Of a stretch of DNA of 25,181 nt, positions 8,238-14,496 are shown one piece after another; within the stretch, counting starts at the first letter, position 1; every line of letters begins with the position of its first letter. The notes under the pieces were generated by a model. That model had not been told where the DNA came from, made no database searches, and saw only the letters and a program-made list of their open reading frames with translations. Position numbers and translations under genes: made by a program. The stretch is from Bdellovibrionota bacterium (GTDB lineage: Bacteria; Bdellovibrionota; UBA1018; UBA923), in assembly GCA_040754655.1 (NCBI GenBank), contig JBFMCE010000057.1:1-25181 (forward strand), given 5' to 3'.

Positions 8238-8399
8238 CGCACGTTTCTTTCTTATCGTTTCCCGTAATTTCTAAAATAAAAACGAACATCCTTTAGCTGA
8301 ACCACGGTACGTCGCATTCTGCTAGTTACTACAAAGAAGCTAAAGGCCAGTTCGTTTTTATTTTAGAAATTACGGGAAACGTTAGCTAATCAACGTGCG
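8238..8399. repeat. 162-bp long inverted repeat with perfect 32-bp arms
   Basis: CGTTTCCCGTAATTTCTAAAATAAAAACGAAC (8256-8287) is the exact reverse complement of 8350-8381. Outer 8-bp arms at 8238-8245/8392-8399, inner 9-bp arms at 8290-8298/8338-8346, 39-nt loop. Confidence 0.9.
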
Positions 8400-8403
8400 C
8401 TTC

Positions 8404-10101
8404 TTACGGGTCTGTCCGGAATACACGCCGCGGCGACGTATAGAGGTTGCCTGCCTGGTCGCGGCTTATGAGGCGATACGAATAGACGGTATCCGGAGCA
8501 AGGCCCGAGAGCGAGAGTGCGTGCGAGGTTACGAAGTTAGAATCCTCTGCAATCACTTGGCTCGTGTCAGTTCCCAACCCCCACAGCAATCCCGTAGTTG
8601 AGAGTTCGTTCGTCGTCCAATTGATCACAGCCGAGTTTGAAGTGACAGCAACACTTGAGTTCACGAGCACCGGAATCGTCGCATCAATCGTCCAACTATG
8701 AGACGCGCCAGTAGTGTCTTGCACGCCCAAGTAAGTCGCGCGAACCGCAAAGTTGTGCAAGCCGCTCGCAAGCGCTGAATACGTGATCGGCGAGACGCAT
8801 CCCGTGAAGGCAGCGCTATCAAGGCTGCACTCAAAAGTAGCTCCAACCGCGTTCGAGGTGAATGCGAAGGTGATTGAAGTCTGATTCGTGATCGCCGCTG
8901 AAGGGTTTGCGCTAGAGATCGAGGTAGCCACGGCAGCAGGAGTTGGCGTCGGAGTAGCGGCCGCCTGACAGGGGTTTGAGCGAATGCTTTGAGGTAAAAA
9001 GTAATTCACCGCGGGCACGGGCTGCCAGCCCCTTGCAACCATGTTCTGATACGCGGTTTGAGGCGTCGGCGGAGTCACGGTTGAATTGAAGAACCTGCTA
9101 TTGCCCGAGCGACCGCATTCTGGATCGGCTGGGCTGAAGGTGCCATCTTCCTTCCACTCTCTCCAAAGCAACATCATCGAAATGTGGTAGCGAGGGCCTT
9201 GATAGTAATCGACCTTGATTGGAAGTTCGGTCATATAATTCATGTCAATCGCTTCAGCTGCGCATGCGAACTTTGTCGGGTGCGTGCCGTTGTTGTCGAC
9301 CAACCTCCTGAAACCTGTGCCGGTATCGACATCAAGGGTAGCGCCATCGTCAGAAAGAATGCCGAACTGGTACTTCGCCGCCGCATTGCTCGAGTGAAGC
9401 TTGATGACGCTCTCAAAGTGCAAGGTGAAGTACTCATAAAGCGTATCACCGCGGTGGTTGGTTAAGAGCTCGCCGCTAAGGGTGTAGAAACCCCGGTCAA
9501 ACGGTCGCGTCGGGATGTCGAGCATCCCAAAGAACAAGGTCGCATCGATTGGATGCGCATTGAGCTGGTAGTCTTGAACCTGCGTGTAACGAGGTTGATC
9601 GTCTGAAAGGTAAGCGATGTTCGCGACGATGCCATGATCGTAACCCGCGCCAGGATGGTTAGGATCGCCAAAGGGATCGCAAACCGCGTTTGAGTTGTCA
9701 GGGCTTGCATTTACATCTTGAGGAGTGTCTACGATCGCCGTCGTATTGCCAGCACCCACCAATTGAGTGGAGCTCTCATTGCAACCGGAAGCAGCGATAG
9801 AAACAAGCGCGAGCATCCAAAAGCCCCAAGAGCTCCAAGACTGGGTCTTGGCGACAGCCTTGATAAGGCCTCCCACCTTGGCAGCGATCGACCCAATCAC
9901 GTGAATTCCATCAGGTGTTGGGCCAGCCATGGCGGTCATGAAAGAAGCGGCATTCACTTCTGCTCGGGCAGTTTCCACAGGTGTGGCTGCTGCGCTCGCC
10001 GGATGAGGAGCCGATTGCCTTTCGGCAGCCTTGCGCTCAAGCCGCGAGCCGCTCAGTTCATATAAAGTATTCGTGACGGGCTCTACCCGCCTGCTTTTCA
10101 T
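8404..10101 (-). CDS. Putative surface lipoprotein with PA14-like, Ig-like and fibronectin type III domains
   Basis: PA14-like motifs YQFGILSDDGATL..NNGTH..PIKVDYYQGP; TPTP linker; Ig-like FECSLDSAAFTGCVSP; FN3 AVINWTT..LSGLAPDTVYSYRL..DQAGN; lipobox-like ASG-C at 9783. Start chosen at the ATG with an AGAAGGA SD; GTG at 9900 is an alternative. Confidence 0.8.
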   Translation of the reverse strand: MKSRRVEPVTNTLYELSGSRLERKAAERQSAPHPASAAATPVETARAEVNAASFMTAMAGPTPDGIHVIGSIAAKVGGLIKAVAKTQSWSSWGFWMLALVSIAASGCNESSTQLVGAGNTTAIVDTPQDVNASPDNSNAVCDPFGDPNHPGAGYDHGIVANIAYLSDDQPRYTQVQDYQLNAHPIDATLFFGMLDIPTRPFDRGFYTLSGELLTNHRGDTLYEYFTLHFESVIKLHSSNAAAKYQFGILSDDGATLDVDTGTGFRRLVDNNGTHPTKFACAAEAIDMNYMTELPIKVDYYQGPRYHISMMLLWREWKEDGTFSPADPECGRSGNSRFFNSTVTPPTPQTAYQNMVARGWQPVPAVNYFLPQSIRSNPCQAAATPTPTPAAVATSISSANPSAAITNQTSITFAFTSNAVGATFECSLDSAAFTGCVSPITYSALASGLHNFAVRATYLGVQDTTGASHSWTIDATIPVLVNSSVAVTSNSAVINWTTNELSTTGLLWGLGTDTSQVIAEDSNFVTSHALSLSGLAPDTVYSYRLISRDQAGNLYTSPRRVFRTDP

Positions 10102-10288
10102 ACAACGTCCTTCTTCTCTAGCTTCTATTTTACGCAATGCACTATCTAGGTGCTAGCGGTCACGCCGAGAAAAAACTCAATGAAATCAGTTTAATTTGTT
10201 GTGGAATTGTGAACTGTTAAAAAACCTATACAGGTCCCCAGAATCGTATGCTAGCTGGGCTTTAGAGAGTCTTGAGAGGGGGCGGTCT

Positions 10289-10918
10289 ATGGGGTTGAAA
10301 TCAGCTCTTTTTGGAGCGTTTTTAGTTCTTTTAGTGATTTTGCTAGTACCTTCACGGCTTTACGGGTTCTCGGCGGATGTGGTTGGAGCCTATAACTGGG
10401 GCAGTTACGAGTCAGGACGTCAAAGTACTGAGGCCTTCTCAGGTCCTGGATTGCGTGGCTTTGGCGGGTACCGTTTCCCGTTCGGGCTTGAGATGGGAGC
10501 TGCTGCTTCGATCGATTTTCCACAAGTTTCGGGCTCTTCCAATAGCCCTGAATCAGGCTTTTCACGCTGGGCTTTCGGACCCCAGGTCGGTTACCTCTGG
10601 CAGGAGCGGCTTGAGCCTTTTGCGTTTTATTTCCCGGTAAATCGGCTCAAACAAACCCTCACGACCCGCACCCCAGGGGCAAAGACCGAAACTGAGCTTG
10701 CTTATGAGGGGCAAAGTTACGGCGGCGGAGTGAAGCTTTATCTGACCAAACGCCGAAGCGACGTGGCCCAAGTAGGTTTTGCTTTTGTATACGGTCGTGA
10801 ACACTACGATAAAGTGATGAGAAAAACCCGGAATAGCCAGGGCAGCTCGCAAGAACAAAGACGTGACACCGTGGTTTTGGGTACCACTTATCAAATGGGT
10901 GTTTTTATCGGAATTTAG
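10289..10918 (+). CDS. Small outer-membrane beta-barrel protein (about 8 strands, 209 aa)
   Basis: GAGAGGGGG SD before ATG 10289; signal peptide; amphipathic strands GFGGYRF, GPQVGYLW, YGGGVKLY and terminal strand YQMGVFIGI. Confidence 0.75.
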   Translation: MGLKSALFGAFLVLLVILLVPSRLYGFSADVVGAYNWGSYESGRQSTEAFSGPGLRGFGGYRFPFGLEMGAAASIDFPQVSGSSNSPESGFSRWAFGPQVGYLWQERLEPFAFYFPVNRLKQTLTTRTPGAKTETELAYEGQSYGGGVKLYLTKRRSDVAQVGFAFVYGREHYDKVMRKTRNSQGSSQEQRRDTVVLGTTYQMGVFIGI

Positions 10919-12479
10919 GGCGAAGTCTCAACATGATGTAGGCTAAGCACCAAGCTAAAAGCCAAAATGCGGTGTGTTTCAAGCCGGTCGCGCCATCGTC
11001 GTCGCCACCATCGCCGTCTTGTCTCAACGCCGCGATTGACCCGCAACCTGCCGAGATCTTGTACTCGAGTTTTTCCCTGCCCAAATCCTTGTAGTCGATT
11101 GCGATTTGGCTTACTTGCGGAGACGCCGCTGCTGCTGCAGCCGTGGTGATCGAGATCCGAAATTTGAGGAACCGGTAATTCTTATTGCTCAGGCTAGTGA
11201 GATCGTTCGTGAAACCAGAATACGTCGCGCCATCGGTTGAAGCTGCGTATTGAACGGTGATGCTTCCGCCATTTGCGATGCTCGTTACGCTTGGTGATGA
11301 GGGGAAGGAAGCATTGAGCGTTCCAAGATCATATCCCTTGCTTTGCACAATATAAGTTTGGTTTGCAGCCGCATTGTCGGTGTCGCAGTTGGTTGTAGCT
11401 CCCGCCGCTGGGCAAGCTCCGCCTGTGGCCCACACAGGCCTGCTTGCTGAAGCGGAGTCGCCTCGAAGCCTGCCGTTCACGCTTTGCCCAACACCGCCAA
11501 GGCACGCGGTCCCGCCGGTCCCGCCATCGGCCACGGGGTCAATCGTCGTCGTCAATGTTTTGAGAGTCTGCAACCAAACAGCGCCGCCACTACCGCCCGC
11601 GCCGTTGCCGCTGCAGTGCGCGTTGCCGCCGATGGCGTCGGCAACGCCATCTCCGCCATTTCCACCAGTTGCAGTGATGCCGGCCACGGAAATATTTCCC
11701 AAAGCGATGATGCGTATCGCACCGCCTCCCGCGCCTCCGGCTCCACCTGTTGAAAAATTGCCCGGGTCCGTGTGACCGCCACCTCCCGCGCCTCCTGTTC
11801 CGCAGATAAAACCATTTGTGGCGTCTAGATCAGCAAGCGGTCCGGTGGTTGAGGCTTGGCCATCAGAACCAGCCGCACCGGTGCCGGCTGCACCCCCGGC
11901 ATTCTCGACAGCGCCTGAAGCGCGTACGCCTGCGCCGCCCGCTGACGCTGTTAGAGCATCCGCGGCCCCACCGGCGCCTCCGTCTTGGGTACAGGCCCTG
12001 CGCGTTCCGCCAGCGGGGGCGCTTGTGACTCCATCCGGAACGCCAGGCCCGCCGGTTCCGCCATCGACCGAGATCGCGGCTGCGATGTTCACGGCCCCCA
12101 GTGAACGAATGATCAGAGGCGATGATCCCTGAACTTCGATCGTACCCCCTGAAATGTTCACTGATTTAAAGTTATAACCGTTCGGGTGCGAGTCGGTGTT
12201 GAAAACATAACCGCCACTTGTGTCGAGAACTCCATCGCTCCCATCGCCAAAAGAGAGGGGCCTGTTCGCGCTTCCGCCGGCTACCGCGCCCGCTCTCGCG
12301 ATTCGGTCGACCGTATTCCATAAGCCAGTCGTCGAAGAGTAATCCGCGAAGTCATCCGTGCTGAAATCTTCGACAAGCCTTCCACCACTCAACGTGTAAG
12401 CTTGAACCGACGGGTTTTTGAAGAGAGAGGCAGCCACGATCAGGAACGCCAAAAAGATAAGAATTTTCTTAGAATGCAT
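10905..12479 (-). CDS. Secreted glycine-rich surface protein with C-terminal GCG-TM-basic sorting signal (524 aa)
   Basis: Signal peptide ends VQA/Y. Repeated GGxGG tracts interleaved with short beta strands (GGGAIRII, GGAVWL). C-terminus AGCGSI, acidic/Gly spacer, hydrophobic helix, RLRPKFR. Confidence 0.8.
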   Translation of the reverse strand: MHSKKILIFLAFLIVAASLFKNPSVQAYTLSGGRLVEDFSTDDFADYSSTTGLWNTVDRIARAGAVAGGSANRPLSFGDGSDGVLDTSGGYVFNTDSHPNGYNFKSVNISGGTIEVQGSSPLIIRSLGAVNIAAAISVDGGTGGPGVPDGVTSAPAGGTRRACTQDGGAGGAADALTASAGGAGVRASGAVENAGGAAGTGAAGSDGQASTTGPLADLDATNGFICGTGGAGGGGHTDPGNFSTGGAGGAGGGAIRIIALGNISVAGITATGGNGGDGVADAIGGNAHCSGNGAGGSGGAVWLQTLKTLTTTIDPVADGGTGGTACLGGVGQSVNGRLRGDSASASRPVWATGGACPAAGATTNCDTDNAAANQTYIVQSKGYDLGTLNASFPSSPSVTSIANGGSITVQYAASTDGATYSGFTNDLTSLSNKNYRFLKFRISITTAAAAAASPQVSQIAIDYKDLGREKLEYKISAGCGSIAALRQDGDGGDDDGATGLKHTAFWLLAWCLAYIMLRLRPKFR

Positions 12480-14325
12480 AGCCGATTTTTCCTAAACCTC
12501 CGTAAGAGATTTCGATGTTCGCGATTCTTCCCATGCCTTCGAGTTCAGTGAAAAAACCGCGGTAAGAGACTTCACGCACGGGTTTAGAGGGCAAGAGAAA
12601 GTAGCGAATCGAAAGATTCACATCGGCGCCGAGAGCACCGAGCCCCAAGAGACCGAGCTGCGTTCTCCAATTCCAGCGGTGTGCGATTGTTCTTGAGCCC
12701 ATGAAGATCGCGGTGAGCCCAATGAGCATTTTGCGTTTTGCGACAGCGTGCCTTCCGTTCCACGAGAATTCTTGGCTCGTCGACCCGTAAAGCCCCAGGG
12801 CCGCGGTCTTTTGCCAGAGCTGCTCTTCCCAGGCGATCCAACCACGTACAAGCGGTATGGCCAGTTTTTCTTCGATCACGTTCTCAGTTGTGGGTTCGAT
12901 CTGTTCTGCGACGAACCATGCTCCTGCGTTCAGCGTCGCTGTTTTCGTGGTGGTGATGTGTCCCTCCAAGCTTCCAAAGGCCGGTACGAACCCTGATCCC
13001 TCTGCTGAAAGCGGATTTGACGATTTGTTCTTGAATTGGCGAGAATGAAATGCCGCTCCAAGCGCAAGGTCGAGTTTGAATTTGTGAGGTTCAATGATTT
13101 CACTGGCGACGACAGGCGCCCTGGGTTTAGCCACCTCGCGAGCTTTCGCCGGGGCGGGGGGTGGAATAGGCGCGCTTGGGGTCGCCACGACCGGCGGCGG
13201 GCTGGGTACTGGAATCGCGTCAATCTCGATTTCTTCTGCCGCGCTGAAATTGCCTTGGCGACCGCTTGCGTCTTTGCTTGCGACGCGAAAATAAAGCCTC
13301 CGGCTCTTGGCGGTTTGAACAGTTTTATATGAAAAATGAGATTGGTTTACGGTTTGATCAACCAGGGAATCTTTAAAGTTCTTGTCGCGGGCAATTTGCA
13401 AACGGTATTGTACCGCATCAACGACAGGTTCCCATTCAAGATCGATTGAGATCTTGCGCGCCTTGGCCGCGGCACTCAGCCGTATTTCATCAGGGCTGTC
13501 GTCTGAGCGTCGCGAATCTCGGAGGCGAATCTTAGGCTTTCTCATGCGTGGGGGATTGGGCAGGGGTTTGGGCTTCGTGATTTCGACGGGCGCGGGTTTT
13601 AATGATGGTTTCGCTTCGTCTTGCGCCACCGGTTCTTCGGGGCGAGAACGAGTTGGGGAAATTTCAACCTTGCCTTGCGCAACAAGGGCGGTTTCGTCAG
13701 CGCGCACCGTGTGCTTTGTTGAACCATCAGAGACAAGGTGCAAGTTGCCCTTGGTCACTTGCACTTCAACCCCCGCTGGCGATCGTTTGATCTTGAACGC
13801 AGCTTGCCCCGTTTCATCTTCTATGTTGAGGGTGCTCTTGCCGTCGACGTCCACAGCCAGGGGAAGGGTGCCGGCGGAGTTCTTTTCAATCGCTCCTTCC
13901 AAGAGCTTTACGATGATTTTCTTGTACTCAGGAGTGTCTTCGGAAGGGGTCTTCTCGAGCGTGACGAGACTTTCGGGTTCAATCAAAATCTCGGAACCAT
14001 CGTTGAATGCGACGACAGCGGTTGCGGCCGGCATGGTGAGGATCGATTCCTTGCGGCGAAGCACGTCTCCGGCGGCGGGCACGCGCCAGGCGATGGTGCC
14101 CGCGGGCTTGTTGCGAACCTCGTTTGAGGCTCCCTTCAAGGTTGCGATGACCGGGCCTTTGCTCTCGCGTTCCGATGTCGAATTCAAATCGTACACGAGC
14201 GCATAGATCTCAACGCAAAGAAGAATCAAACAGAATGAAACTGAAAGCCAAAGGCTTTTTTCCTCTCTGTTTTCCCCAGGCGTTGGAGCCGGCTCAAAGG
14301 ACGGTTCCAATTCTTCTCCTTCCAT
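12469..14325 (-). CDS. Membrane-anchored FecR-domain protein with FN3 domain and probable C-terminal beta-barrel (618 aa)
   Basis: N-terminal TM helix; FecR-like SILT..TAVVAFNDGSEILIEPESLVTL; Pro/Lys linker; FN3 LEWEPV..YRLQIARDKNF..YFRVAS; Pro-rich linker; amphipathic strands ending GKIGYAF. Overlaps the next gene by 11 bp. Confidence 0.8.
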   Translation of the reverse strand: MEGEELEPSFEPAPTPGENREEKSLWLSVSFCLILLCVEIYALVYDLNSTSERESKGPVIATLKGASNEVRNKPAGTIAWRVPAAGDVLRRKESILTMPAATAVVAFNDGSEILIEPESLVTLEKTPSEDTPEYKKIIVKLLEGAIEKNSAGTLPLAVDVDGKSTLNIEDETGQAAFKIKRSPAGVEVQVTKGNLHLVSDGSTKHTVRADETALVAQGKVEISPTRSRPEEPVAQDEAKPSLKPAPVEITKPKPLPNPPRMRKPKIRLRDSRRSDDSPDEIRLSAAAKARKISIDLEWEPVVDAVQYRLQIARDKNFKDSLVDQTVNQSHFSYKTVQTAKSRRLYFRVASKDASGRQGNFSAAEEIEIDAIPVPSPPPVVATPSAPIPPPAPAKAREVAKPRAPVVASEIIEPHKFKLDLALGAAFHSRQFKNKSSNPLSAEGSGFVPAFGSLEGHITTTKTATLNAGAWFVAEQIEPTTENVIEEKLAIPLVRGWIAWEEQLWQKTAALGLYGSTSQEFSWNGRHAVAKRKMLIGLTAIFMGSRTIAHRWNWRTQLGLLGLGALGADVNLSIRYFLLPSKPVREVSYRGFFTELEGMGRIANIEISYGGLGKIGYAF

Positions 14326-14466
14326 GGCTCAATTCAGCAAAACTCTTCATTGAGACGCCCGCATCCTGCGCGCGCTCTTCCTTTCATGGCATGTTCGAAG
14401 GCATTCTCGGCAAACTTCGTAGTTCTCGCTGCTGCGAAAGCTTGCGCGGCTGCCTCGATGTGCCAT

Positions 14467-14484
14467 ACTGAAGTTAACTTCAGT
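14467..14484. promoter_or_regulatory. Perfect 18-bp palindrome ACTGAAGTTAACTTCAGT, putative operator
   Basis: Self-complementary. Lies in the divergent region between 14325 (-) and 14497 (+) and overlaps a possible extended -10 TGcCATACT (14461-14469). Confidence 0.55.
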
Positions 14485-14496
14485 TACTCAAATTGT

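Noticed and set aside
7805..8242. 145-aa minus-strand ORF crossing the smc end
   Set aside because: Made of smc antisense sequence plus the palindromic repeat, with no independent coding signal.
8350..8381. Repeat arm begins GTT and ends GGAAAC(G), like some CRISPR repeats
   Set aside because: Only two copies, in inverted orientation, with no spacer array and no cas genes in the window.
8238..8399. 6S RNA, dif site or retron msr-msd interpretation of the long hairpin
   Set aside because: No central bubble flanked by imperfect helices as in 6S, no XerD arm (TTATGTTAAAT-like), and no reverse transcriptase nearby.
10131..10160. Possible sigma54 promoter for the PA14 gene (TAGCAC...TTGC on the minus strand)
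   Set aside because: Lacks the invariant GG at -24, and the spacing to TTGC is wrong.
10196..10288. Upstream TTG start for the beta-barrel gene
   Set aside because: ATG 10289 has an SD and is followed directly by a signal peptide.
13382..14206. 274-aa plus-strand ORF
   Set aside because: Antisense shadow of the FecR-domain gene with no recognisable motifs.
14350..14496. 49-aa N-terminal extension of the sensor kinase
   Set aside because: TTG start in the divergent promoter region. ATG 14497 gives the usual short basic segment before TM1.
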